A stretch of 63,381 bases of DNA from an uncultured Oscillibacter sp. (GCF_910587525.1 NZ_CAJULS010000001.1:1-63381); one strand, 5' to 3'. Counted from the stretch's first letter, positions 17,301 through 28,889 are shown. A program made the numbers and translations. The notes: a model not told the origin generated them from the letters alone.

Positions 17301-19853
17301 ATGAACAAAAACAAAAAAACGCTCCGCTTTCTGATGGTGAGCCTTATCGCCGTCTCGCTTCTCTGCGTCTGCATCTTTTCCTTTCTGGCGTTCTATATGA
17401 ACCAGCGGAGCGGAGACACCATCAGCAACGTGGGCAGGATCTATATGTCCGGCATGAGCCAGCAGATCTCCATGCACTTTGAGACCACCATGGACCTGCG
17501 GCTGAGCCAGGTGGAGGCCCTGGTGGAGACCAACCATCCCGGCTCCAAGGACCAGGACATTTTGATGGAGGAGCTGGTTTACAGCGCCAGGGCCCGGGGC
17601 TTTGAGCACTTGGCCCTCTACTCCACGGACGGCAGCTTTGAGACCCTCTACGGCAGCAACCTGGCCGTGACCGACCCGGAGCCCTTTCTGAACTCCCTGA
17701 ATGCCGGCGAAAAAAAGATCGCCGTGGGCACCGATCCGTCCGGAAACCGCCTGGTCCTGATGGGCGTCCCCTCCGTCTATCCCATGTCCGGCGGAAAGAC
17801 CTGCGCCGCCCTGGTGGCGGCCCTGCCGGTGGATTACATCAGCGATACGCTCTCCCTTGACAATGAGGACGGCATGATGTACTCCCATATCATCCGGCAG
17901 GACGGCTCCTTTGTCATCCGCAGCGGTGATGCATACAGGGACAACTACTTTGACCGGATTTACGCCATCTACGACGAGTTGGGCGGCCGCGATGCCGTCC
18001 GGCATATCCAGGAGCTCCAGACCGCCATGGACGCGGGAGAGGACTACTCCACTGTGCTGGTTATCGGCAAGGAGCGCCGCCACCTGCTCTGTACCAAGCT
18101 GCCCTACTCGGAGTGGTATCTGGTGGTGGTTATGCCCTACGGCTCTTTGAATGAGGAAATCATCCATCTCGGCCACCAGTGGAGCTCTATGGCCGTCGCC
18201 GGGTGCGCAGTGGTGCTGGCCGCGCTGCTGCTGATCTTTTTCCGGTACATTCAGATCACCAAGCAGCAGATGGCCGAGCTGGATCAGGCCCGGCAGGACG
18301 CAGTCTTTGCCAACAAGGCCAAAAGTGAGTTCCTTTCCAATATGAGCCATGACATCCGCACGCCTATGAACGCCATCGTGGGCATGACGGCCATTGCCAC
18401 AGCCAATATTGATAACCAGCAGCAGGTACAGCACTGTCTGAAAAAGATCGCCCTGTCCAGCAAGCACCTGTTAAACCTCATCAACGACGTACTGGACATG
18501 TCCAAAATCGAAAGCGGGAAGATGACGCTGAACCTTGACCAGCTCTCCCTGCGGGAGATGATGGACGGCATTGTCAACATCGTCCAGCCCCAGGTGCGGG
18601 CCAAGCAGCAGCAGTTTGACATCTTCATCCATGACATTGTGTCGGAGAACGTCTGCTGCGACAGTGTGCGGCTGAACCAGGTGGTCCTGAACCTTCTGTC
18701 CAACGCCGTGAAATTCACGCCGGTGGAGGGCAGCATTCATATCGCTTTGTACCAGGAGCCCTCCCCCAAGGGTGAGGACTTCATCCGCACCCATCTGCTG
18801 GTAAAGGACAGCGGCATTGGTATGTCCCCGGAGTTCCAGGCAAAAATCTTCGACTCCTTCTCCCGGGAGGACAACCGCCGTGTCCAGCGGACCGAGGGCA
18901 CTGGTCTGGGCATGGCCATCACCAAATTTATTGTGGACGCCATGGGCGGCACCATCCAGCTCCACAGCGAACAGGGCAAGGGAACTGAGTTCCATGTGAC
19001 GCTGGACCTGGAAAAGACCACCGTGGAGGAGGCGGACATGGTCCTGCCGGACTGGAACATGCTGGTGGTGGATGATGACAAGGAGCTGTGCGAGAGCACG
19101 GTGGCCTCCCTGAAGTCCATCGGTCTCCACGCCGAGTGGACCCTGGACGGCGAGAGCGCCGTCCGCATGGCGGAGGAGCGCTTCCTGCGGCATGACGGCT
19201 ATCACATCGTCCTGCTGGATTGGAAACTGCCCGGCATGGACGGCATTGAGACCGCCCGGGAGCTGCGCCGCCGTCTGGGCGAGAATATCCCCATCCTGCT
19301 GATCTCCGCCTATGACTGGGGCGACATTGAGGCGGAAGCCAAAAGCGTCGGCATTAGCGGCTTTATTTCCAAGCCCCTGTTCAAATCCACTCTCTTCTAC
19401 GGTCTGCGTCCCTTTGTGGACATCGGCGAAACGGCACCGGAGATCCTGCCCCAGGAGCACGAGGCCGATTTCACCGGCAGGCGCATCCTGCTGGCGGAGG
19501 ACAACGAGCTCAACTGGGAGATTGCTGACGAGCTGCTCAGCAGTCTGGGACTGGAGCTGGACTGGGCGGAAAACGGCAAAATCTGCGTGGAGAAGTTCAG
19601 CGCCGCCGCCCAGGGGTATTACGACGCGGTCCTCATGGACCTGCGGATGCCCATCATGACGGGCTATGAGGCCACTCAGGCCATCCGGGCCCTGGACCGC
19701 CCCGACGCTTCTCTGCCCATCATCGCCATGACCGCCGATGCCTTTTCCGAGGACATTCAGCGGTGTTTGGACGCGGGCATGAACGCCCACATCGCAAAAC
19801 CCATCGATCTTCGGGAGGTCTCCCGCCTGCTGGAGAAATATTTCCATCCCTAA
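17301..19853 (+). CDS. Membrane hybrid sensor histidine kinase (Cache-like sensor, HisKA, HATPase, two REC domains)
   Basis: Two TMs; SNMSHDIRTPMN; LLSNAVKFT; DSGIGM; GTGLG; REC motifs LLDWKLP and LMDLRMP. Confidence 0.93.
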   Translation: MNKNKKTLRFLMVSLIAVSLLCVCIFSFLAFYMNQRSGDTISNVGRIYMSGMSQQISMHFETTMDLRLSQVEALVETNHPGSKDQDILMEELVYSARARGFEHLALYSTDGSFETLYGSNLAVTDPEPFLNSLNAGEKKIAVGTDPSGNRLVLMGVPSVYPMSGGKTCAALVAALPVDYISDTLSLDNEDGMMYSHIIRQDGSFVIRSGDAYRDNYFDRIYAIYDELGGRDAVRHIQELQTAMDAGEDYSTVLVIGKERRHLLCTKLPYSEWYLVVVMPYGSLNEEIIHLGHQWSSMAVAGCAVVLAALLLIFFRYIQITKQQMAELDQARQDAVFANKAKSEFLSNMSHDIRTPMNAIVGMTAIATANIDNQQQVQHCLKKIALSSKHLLNLINDVLDMSKIESGKMTLNLDQLSLREMMDGIVNIVQPQVRAKQQQFDIFIHDIVSENVCCDSVRLNQVVLNLLSNAVKFTPVEGSIHIALYQEPSPKGEDFIRTHLLVKDSGIGMSPEFQAKIFDSFSREDNRRVQRTEGTGLGMAITKFIVDAMGGTIQLHSEQGKGTEFHVTLDLEKTTVEEADMVLPDWNMLVVDDDKELCESTVASLKSIGLHAEWTLDGESAVRMAEERFLRHDGYHIVLLDWKLPGMDGIETARELRRRLGENIPILLISAYDWGDIEAEAKSVGISGFISKPLFKSTLFYGLRPFVDIGETAPEILPQEHEADFTGRRILLAEDNELNWEIADELLSSLGLELDWAENGKICVEKFSAAAQGYYDAVLMDLRMPIMTGYEATQAIRALDRPDASLPIIAMTADAFSEDIQRCLDAGMNAHIAKPIDLREVSRLLEKYFHP

Positions 19854-19864
19854 AGCTGTCCATT

Positions 19865-19902
19865 AGGCTGTCAAAAAAGACCAGGGGCTTTTTTGACAGC
19901 CT
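19865..19902. terminator. Perfect 15-bp inverted repeat after the hybrid kinase (terminator or IS-end-like)
   Basis: AGGCTGTCAAAAAAG-N8-CTTTTTTGACAGCCT. Confidence 0.6.
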
Positions 19903-20100
19903 GTCTAATATTTCTCATCCGCTCTGTCTCCCGAAAATGTGCCGCTGTGCGGCATTCCGGGCCGTATAAGGGCTCCGTATTTGACTTCGTGCGGTCCCCA
20001 GTCCGCCGGCTGGAGAGGAAGGCCACCCTCCTTTTCAGCCGCATTAACTATACACATAAGGCGGCGGGCTTTACTGCCCGGTATCTTTTTTGTTTCTCCA

Positions 20101-20162
20101 TTCGACAAATTCTGATAAAATTCGACAAAAACCTTGTTTTTATCCATTCCTTTTGCTATCCT
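20101..20162 (+). promoter_or_regulatory. Tandem Spo0A-box-like sites and a SigA-type promoter
   Basis: TTCGACA at 20101-20107 and 20121-20127 (reverse complement of TGTCGAA), then TTGTTT-N17-TATCCT with TG extension. Confidence 0.5.
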
Positions 20163-20265
20163 GTTATTGTCGCAGGCATTGTTTTCCATGGTTTTTCATC
20201 CCGTCCGCGGCAAATGCTACTGCCAACGCTGGAACCTTGCCTCAGCCGCCTGAAAGGAGTTTGCC

Positions 20266-21075
20266 ATGGAACCTCATTATATGCAACCTGAGTCCCTGTT
20301 TCCCGCCATTACCGCCCAGTTGCGGGCGGCCCTCGGCACCTTTCACTTGGCGGCTTTGCAGGCAGTCCCACCCGAAGCCCGGGAGAAAGACCCGGACCTG
20401 GACCGCAGGGCCGCTGTCATGGACCAGAGCTACTACCGGCTGCTGCGGCTGGTAAATCTTCTCTCCGCCGCCGCCCTTTCGGATGACGCCCCCCTCTCTC
20501 TCCAGAACCGGGACCTGGTGGAACTGGTAGGGGATGTCTGCGACCGGGCCGGCGGCCTGGCCCGGCTGCTGGGATTGGAAGTGCGGTTTTCCTGCACACT
20601 TCCCCGCCACATCTGTGCAGTGGAGCCCCAACTGTTGGAACAGCTGCTTTTCCACCTGCTCTCCAACGCCTTCAAATTTACTCCACCCGGCGGCACTGTT
20701 ACTGTGGAGCTGCGGGCACAAACCAAGCGGGTCCTCCTCTCCGTCACCGACACCGGTCAGGGCATTCCCCCGGAGCGCCTGACCTCTCTGTTTGACGGTT
20801 ATCTCCATACAGACCGCCAGGACCTCGCCCCCCCCCACGGCCTGGGGCTGGGCCTGTCTCTGTGCCGCCGGATCGCGGCGCGCCACGGCGGCATGCTGAT
20901 GGCGGAATCCCAAATGGGCAAGGGCAGCCGTTTCACCCTCTCTCTGCCGGACCGGCAGGTGGACGGCACGGTGTCCGACATCCCCTTTGACTATACCGGC
21001 GGCTTTAACCACACCCTGCTGGCCCTGGCGGATGCTCTGCCCGTTCAGGCATTTCTCATCTGCAATCAGGATTAG
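20266..21075 (+). CDS. Cytoplasmic histidine-kinase-like protein with intact HATPase and degenerate H-box
   Basis: LLSNAFKFT, DTGQGI and GLGLGL intact; H-box reads ITAQLRAAL; AAAGGAG RBS. Confidence 0.85.
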   Translation: MEPHYMQPESLFPAITAQLRAALGTFHLAALQAVPPEAREKDPDLDRRAAVMDQSYYRLLRLVNLLSAAALSDDAPLSLQNRDLVELVGDVCDRAGGLARLLGLEVRFSCTLPRHICAVEPQLLEQLLFHLLSNAFKFTPPGGTVTVELRAQTKRVLLSVTDTGQGIPPERLTSLFDGYLHTDRQDLAPPHGLGLGLSLCRRIAARHGGMLMAESQMGKGSRFTLSLPDRQVDGTVSDIPFDYTGGFNHTLLALADALPVQAFLICNQD

Positions 21076-21234
21076 GCCTTGTTTGAAAATGTCAAAACGC
21101 CCAGGCCACGGCTCTTTTCCGCTGTACCGCGTTAAAAATTTTGAAGAGCACAAAGTATCCCTGCGAATTTTTGTCTTGCCCGGTAAAAAGATCTCTCACC
21201 GTTGGCCATTCCGCCTTTTATCAAACAAGGCCTA
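21073..21234. mobile_element. MITE-like element (~160 bp)
   Basis: Perfect terminal inverted repeats TAGGCCTTGTTTGA / TCAAACAAGGCCTA including a probable TA duplication; no transposase ORF inside. Confidence 0.75.
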
Positions 21235-21332
21235 GTCCGAAAACCGGCAGGTCAGACGGCGGATATGGATATCTTGAACACGAAAATGCCGGAGAGAATT
21301 TGCCGGGCGCCCTCATTGCCTCAGCATCCCCC

Positions 21333-21375
21333 AACATTCCGGTTTCGCCGCCGCGGAACCGGAATGTTTTTCTTT
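21333..21375 (+). terminator. Intrinsic terminator
   Basis: AACATTCCGGTTTCGC / GCGGAACCGGAATGTT stem followed by a T-tract. Confidence 0.65.
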
Positions 21376-21514
21376 TCTTTTTCTCCTCCATAGTCTACAA
21401 TATAGTCAGTACAGTTGAGGGAATCCCCCGGGTTCTTTTCAGCAACACGCCTGCGGGCCTCAGGTCTGCCAGTTGACTATATCAGTATGTCCTTGATTGA
21501 AAGGAGGGCCCCAT

Positions 21515-22576
21515 ATGGCCTTTAAGCGTGTCTTTGTAGCTATGAGCGGCGGTGTGGACAGCACCGGTGCCGCCCTTTTACTGCTGCGTCAGGGGTATGA
21601 CGTCTCCGGCGTCACCCTGCGCCTGCGGCCGGACTGTCCCAACGGGCAGGGGCCGGAGACGGAAATCGAGGCCGCCCGGACCGCAGCCGCTGCGCTGGGT
21701 ATCTCCCACACGGTCCTGGATCTCCGGGAGCTGTTCCAAACGGCGGTCATGGACCGCTTCGTCTCCGAGTATGCCCAAGGCCGCACCCCCAACCCCTGTC
21801 TGGACTGCAACCGGGCCATCAAATTCGGTGCCATGCTGGACTGGGCCCTGGAACAGGGGGCCGACGCCCTGGCCACCGGCCATTACGCCAATGTCTCCTT
21901 TGACAGTGCTTCCGGCCGCTGGCGGCTCTTACGGGGCCGGGACCGCCGGAAAGATCAGAGCTACTTCCTCTATCAGCTGACCCAGCATCAGCTCGCCCAC
22001 CTGATGCTGCCGGTGGGACAGTATGAGAAGCCCGCCCTGCGGACTCTGGCGGCAGAGGCGGGCCTGGCCAATGCCCACCGGGCGGACAGCCAGGATATCT
22101 GCTTTATTCCGGAGGGAGACTATGTGGCCTTTCTGCGGCATCATGGCGGCGCGGAGCTGGTCCCCGGCGACTTTGTGGACCAGACCGGCCGGGTGCTGGG
22201 CCGCCACAAAGGCCTGCCCTGTTATACCGCCGGCCAGCGGAAAGGTCTGGGCGTCAGCGCGGACGCACCGCTGTATGTGCTGAGAAAGGACTCCGCCGCC
22301 AATACCGTGACTCTGGGGCCTGACAGCGCCCTCTACACCCGGGAGCTGACGGCGGACCGTCCGAACTGGATCTCCATCCCGGCTCTAGAATCCCCCATAT
22401 CCGTTACCGCCAAAACAAGACACAGCCAGAGGGAAGCGGCGGCTGTGGCGGAACCCCTGCCGGATGGCCGCATACAGGTTGTCTTCCAGGAGCCCCAGCG
22501 GGCCGTCACTCCGGGACAGGCCGTGGTGTTTTACGACGGCGAGTCTGTGGTTGGAGGCGGAACCATTGTGAAATGA
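21515..22576 (+). CDS. mnmA: tRNA 2-thiouridine(34) synthase MnmA
   Basis: AMSGGVDS, GRTPNPCLDCN, ATGHY, KDQSYFL, DSQDICF, AVTPGQ. Confidence 0.97.
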   Translation: MAFKRVFVAMSGGVDSTGAALLLLRQGYDVSGVTLRLRPDCPNGQGPETEIEAARTAAAALGISHTVLDLRELFQTAVMDRFVSEYAQGRTPNPCLDCNRAIKFGAMLDWALEQGADALATGHYANVSFDSASGRWRLLRGRDRRKDQSYFLYQLTQHQLAHLMLPVGQYEKPALRTLAAEAGLANAHRADSQDICFIPEGDYVAFLRHHGGAELVPGDFVDQTGRVLGRHKGLPCYTAGQRKGLGVSADAPLYVLRKDSAANTVTLGPDSALYTRELTADRPNWISIPALESPISVTAKTRHSQREAAAVAEPLPDGRIQVVFQEPQRAVTPGQAVVFYDGESVVGGGTIVK

Positions 22577-22607
22577 GAAAAGGACGCCTCTAGGAGGCGT
22601 CCTTTTC
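22577..22607. terminator. Bidirectional intrinsic terminator
   Basis: GAAAAGGACGCCTC-TAG-GAGGCGTCCTTTTC. Confidence 0.8.
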
Positions 22608-22686
22608 AACGGTCGCTGGCCAGCCAACAGTCTTGAAAGATCAGATCATCCACATCTCCAAGGATGTCGTTTTCAAAAAACCGCAC
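22606..22686 (-). CDS. Candidate 26-aa small protein MRFFENDILGDVDDLIFQDCWLASDR
   Basis: AAAGGAGG 8 nt before GTG; stop codon abuts the bidirectional terminator. Confidence 0.5.
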   Translation of the reverse strand: MRFFENDILGDVDDLIFQDCWLASDR

Positions 22687-22970
22687 AGTCATATCCTCCT
22701 TTGCATTTTGCGCTTCCTGCCAGTATATGCGGCGGCACGGTAAAAGTTGCACGAAATCAGAAGCCTCAGGAAAATATTTTTTAGGCTTTGTCTGCTATGG
22801 TCAGTGAAGTTGAAAAATGGCCGGCTTATGGGCGGCCATTGCGCAAAGCGCACGGTTACTGAACTATTATGAAGTCCAATAAACTGGCCGCTTTCAGCGG
22901 CCCCGGCGGAATTCTCCGGAAAAAGCATTTTTGATGCTTTTCAAGTTAACTGCCTATAAATGCCAAAGCG

Positions 22971-23001
22971 AACAGGAGGCCCTCATACGGGGCCTCCTGT
23001 T
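22971..23001. terminator. Hairpin downstream of the PAS hybrid kinase
   Basis: Perfect 12-bp inverted repeat AACAGGAGGCCC / GGGCCTCCTGTT. Confidence 0.55.
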
Positions 23002-23142
23002 GCCTCTTTCCAAACGTACCCGCTGAAGGAACGACATATCCGCTTTTGCAGTCAGCGGCGGCGATATCGCCAAGCACGGAGAGCCGCACTTCGGTGTTTC
23101 ACATTGAAAAGAACCCGGAGAATCCCTTTTCAGCCGCACTGA

Positions 23143-25344
23143 CTATAAAAGATCCTCGATGGTCTTTTGCACCTCTGTCACGTCCATAGGCTTTGCCAGG
23201 TGGGCATTCATCCCACTCTCGGCGGATTTGCGCAGATCGCTCTCAAGCACGTTGGCCGACAGCGCAATGATGGGGATCTTCGCCACCGCCGAATCTGGAA
23301 GTGCGCGGATCTCCTTGGCGGCCTCCCAGCCGTCCATGACTGGCATCTGAATGTCCATTAAAATCGCGTCATAATCCCCGGGCCGGGCCTGGCGCATTCT
23401 CTCCACGGCCACGCTGCCGTCCGGTGCCGTGTCAATGATAAAATCCAGCTCCTGGAGAAGCTCCGTGGCAATCTCCCGGTTGATCTCGTTGTCCTCCACC
23501 AGCAGAATCCGCCTGGGCCGGACAGCCGTCCCCTCTGTGGACAGATGCGCCGTATCCGGCTGAATACGGAAATCCAGGGTTGCCGTAAAAATACTGCCCC
23601 TGCCCACCTCGCTGCGCACGGAGATGGTCCCGCCCATCTTGTCCACAATGCTCTTGGCAATGGACATGCCCAGCCCGATGCCATGGACACCGCTGTAGGT
23701 GGTGTTCCTCTCCCGGGAGAAGGGTTCGAATATCCGCTCCAGAAACTCCTGGCTGATGCCGATGCCGGTATCTGCCACCTCCAGCTGGTAAACCGCATAT
23801 TGCCCCGGCATCAGCTCCCGCTCCATAAGCGTCACCCGCACCTCACCGCCGGGCTTTGTATACGTCACAGCGTTGTTGGTAAGATACAACGCCAGCTGCC
23901 GCAGCTTCTCCCTGTCGCCGTAAATTCCGCTGTGGCGTACACCGGAACAGTCCAGCGAGAAGCCTATGTTCTTTTCCTCTGCCTGGGGCGCCATGAAATG
24001 GTAAATCTCCCGGACAATGCCGCACAGATCACAGGCCTCCTCCAGGGTATTGGAATCCCCGGATACCGCCGCCGAGATCTCCAGCACCCGCTCAATCATC
24101 CCCATCAGCTGCCGGGCGGAGGCCTCCATCCGATCAATATAGTCCCGGGCTGCGGCAGGGTTTCCCAGGTTCTTTCTGGCCAGGGCCGCGAAGCCAAAAA
24201 TAGCATTCATTGGCGTACGCATGTCGTGGGACATGTTGGAGAGGAATATGTCCTTAGCCGCCATGGCCTGGTTCGCCTTTTCCAGCGCCTCCGCCAGCAG
24301 CTGTTTCTGCTCCAGCTCGTGGTGGACCTCCTCATCCATCCGCCGGGAGGCCATCACAATCTGAGCGGCCTGCCGCTCACGGCCCACATCCACCAGCCAC
24401 AGCTGCAAATACCGCTCCTCATCATCCTCCAGAACCCGGTAATTTACATAAAAGCTCCTGTCTGCCAGCAGCCTCTTGCGGACAGTTTCCAAGTTGAGCA
24501 CCGCGCCCACCGTCTCCTGTTCCTCCGGACAAACCCAGCTGTTCACATACTCTGCCATATAGCCGCTCATGGAGCGGACGCCGCAGTCCTTCCCAAACAT
24601 CCGGCAGGTCCGGCTGCTGAGGCGATAGGGACGGACCCGGTCGCTGTCCAGCTCTCCATATAAAATGGTCTCGTAATTAGCGCTGAGGCCCTCGATCACC
24701 CTCAGCCGCCGCAGATACTCCTGATTGATCTGCATCCGTTCTCTGTCATATTCCTCCGTCAAAGACTGGAGCTTCTGGTTCTCGTCAAGCAGGAGGCTTC
24801 GCTCCGCCAGCCGCTGATTCCATTTGTCCGTGGCATCGCTCAAAAACACATAGAAGATATCCCGCCCGGAACCGCCCCGGACAAAGTGTCCATGATCCTC
24901 GATCCACCGGATCTCTCCGTCCTTCCGGCGCACCCGGTACTCCACATAATCCAGATCGTACTGGCTGCCCGCCACCTGCTCCTGAATGCTCCGCTCCACC
25001 TCGTCCAGATCCTCCGGGTGCACCATCCCCCGAAAGGAATTCCCAGCCAGCGTTCGAAGCTCCTCCATGCTGCCACACTGAAATATCCGAAGCAGGGCGC
25101 GGTTGGCGTAGATGATTTCCTCGCCGCCGTCGGCGTAGTAAATCAGCACACCGCCGGGCATCTCCTCCATAAACCGGAGGTTTTCCCATGCCGCCTGAAA
25201 CGTCTCTCTCTCCAGCAGGGTATGCAGGCGCTCGGCTCCGTTCCCGTTCAGCAGATACCCGATATCCAGGTGACTGTCCTGAAGGGCGCTCAGCAGTTCC
25301 GCGATATGACCCATCAGATGGTTGTCCCGATCCCAATTCCTCAT
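23143..25344 (-). CDS. Cytoplasmic PAS-domain hybrid histidine kinase with C-terminal REC
   Basis: PAS (MVHPEDL...EYRVRRKDGEIRWIED), SNMSHDMRTPMN, DTGIGI, GIGLG, LMDIQMP; start behind GAGGAGG. Confidence 0.9.
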   Translation of the reverse strand: MRNWDRDNHLMGHIAELLSALQDSHLDIGYLLNGNGAERLHTLLERETFQAAWENLRFMEEMPGGVLIYYADGGEEIIYANRALLRIFQCGSMEELRTLAGNSFRGMVHPEDLDEVERSIQEQVAGSQYDLDYVEYRVRRKDGEIRWIEDHGHFVRGGSGRDIFYVFLSDATDKWNQRLAERSLLLDENQKLQSLTEEYDRERMQINQEYLRRLRVIEGLSANYETILYGELDSDRVRPYRLSSRTCRMFGKDCGVRSMSGYMAEYVNSWVCPEEQETVGAVLNLETVRKRLLADRSFYVNYRVLEDDEERYLQLWLVDVGRERQAAQIVMASRRMDEEVHHELEQKQLLAEALEKANQAMAAKDIFLSNMSHDMRTPMNAIFGFAALARKNLGNPAAARDYIDRMEASARQLMGMIERVLEISAAVSGDSNTLEEACDLCGIVREIYHFMAPQAEEKNIGFSLDCSGVRHSGIYGDREKLRQLALYLTNNAVTYTKPGGEVRVTLMERELMPGQYAVYQLEVADTGIGISQEFLERIFEPFSRERNTTYSGVHGIGLGMSIAKSIVDKMGGTISVRSEVGRGSIFTATLDFRIQPDTAHLSTEGTAVRPRRILLVEDNEINREIATELLQELDFIIDTAPDGSVAVERMRQARPGDYDAILMDIQMPVMDGWEAAKEIRALPDSAVAKIPIIALSANVLESDLRKSAESGMNAHLAKPMDVTEVQKTIEDLL

Positions 25345-25596
25345 AGCGCCCTCCTCATCTAAAACCCCGTATTCGCAGCCCCAAACGCCGTCCGTGAGGG
25401 GGCTTTTGTCTCCACTCTCCATAAAATTTCCCACAGGGCGTCAGTCTGCCGATAAAATTCGCCTTGATTGGAGGCAAAGTCTCTCGCACAGCCGGCTTTT
25501 CCCGGTTATGAATACGGGTTCTAAATCTGACATGGAGATTTTACCACAACGTCTCACATTTGTCATTATAATTATTATTTCCCATTCTGTCACAAA

Positions 25597-25622
25597 AAAG
25601 GCGCGCCTGACGGCGCGCCTTT
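25597..25622 (-). terminator. ftsH terminator
   Basis: AAAGGCGCGCC-TGAC-GGCGCGCCTTT with a T-tract on the minus strand. Confidence 0.7.
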
Positions 25623-25651
25623 CAGCTCTATTCTGCATAAACAGACAGGCC

Positions 25652-27886
<2,235 letters not shown>

Positions 27887-28105
27887 TTATTGGAACTCCT
27901 TTCAGAGGAAAAATAGCCGAAAAACCGCTTATCCTCCATATACCTATATGACAGGCAGTATATCGCAGTATAACACACAACCGAAAAGGCTACAAGGACC
28001 AGAGATGTTTTTTCTATGAAATTTCTGTGAATTCCACTTTATTGTCTCCCGCTTGTATGGTATACTGGTTTTTAAATACGGCAAAATCTGCTGCAAGGAG
28101 ACACT

Positions 28106-28876
28106 ATGGACGAAAAGAGAAGAGACGGCCTCACCGCCGGGGCCGATGGCATCATCGAGGGACGCAACGCCGTCATCGAGGCGCTGCGGGCAGGGACCGT
28201 AATCGATAAAATCTACCTCCAGAAGGGGGAGACGGACCGCACCCTGGGCCACATCGCCTCCAGGGCCCGCTCCGCCGGCGCCGTAGTGGTAGAGGCAGAC
28301 CGGCGGAAGCTGGACGCCATGAGCCGCACCCACGCCCATCAGGGCGTCATCGCCCTGGCCGCCGTGCGGGAATATGCCGGTGTGGAGGACATTCTCCGCG
28401 CCGCGGAAGAGAGGGGGGAACCCCCCCTGATCGTGGTGTGCGACGAGATCTCCGATCCCCAGAATCTGGGCGCCATCATCCGCACCGCCGAGTGCGCCGG
28501 GGCCCACGGGGTCATCATCCCCAAGCGCCGCAGCGCCGGACTGACGGCCATCGTGGCCAAGACCTCCGCCGGGGCGGTGGCCCACGTGCCGGTGGCCCGG
28601 GTGCCCAACATCCCCTCCCTTCTGAAGGACCTGAAAAAGCAGGGCGTGTGGATCTTCGGCACGGCGGCGGACGGAAACACCGCCCTCTATGACGCCGATT
28701 TAAAGGGCCCCGCTGCCATTGTCATTGGCAGCGAGGGCGAGGGCATGACCCGCCTGGCATCGGAGAACTGCGACTTTCTGGTCAGCATCCCCATGCGGGG
28801 GAAGCTCTCCTCCCTGAACGCCTCCGCCGCGGCGGCCATTTTGCTCTATGAGGCGGTCCGCCAGCGGATCGGCTGA
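28106..28876 (+). CDS. rlmB: 23S rRNA (Gm2251) 2'-O-methyltransferase RlmB (SpoU family)
   Basis: HQGV, DPQNLGAIIRTA, IGSEGEG, SLNASAAA. Confidence 0.94.
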   Translation: MDEKRRDGLTAGADGIIEGRNAVIEALRAGTVIDKIYLQKGETDRTLGHIASRARSAGAVVVEADRRKLDAMSRTHAHQGVIALAAVREYAGVEDILRAAEERGEPPLIVVCDEISDPQNLGAIIRTAECAGAHGVIIPKRRSAGLTAIVAKTSAGAVAHVPVARVPNIPSLLKDLKKQGVWIFGTAADGNTALYDADLKGPAAIVIGSEGEGMTRLASENCDFLVSIPMRGKLSSLNASAAAAILLYEAVRQRIG

Positions 28877-28889
28877 GGAAAGGATACCT

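Noticed and set aside
19905..20189. 94-aa minus-strand ORF with an internal AAGGAGG
   Set aside because: Overlaps the promoter and 0A-box region, has no motif, and has no well-spaced start after the SD-like sequence
25364..25440. GEMM-like text (GGGAAA...GAGTGGAGACAAAAGCC) in the leader of the PAS hybrid kinase
   Set aside because: P2 pairs poorly, there is no GNRA loop or receptor, and the conserved GC and P3 elements are missing; likely chance (cmscan would settle it)
25422..25455. SigD promoter suggested by GCCGATAA
   Set aside because: Nearest TAAA is 22 nt away instead of about 15-16, and it points at the 3' end of ftsH
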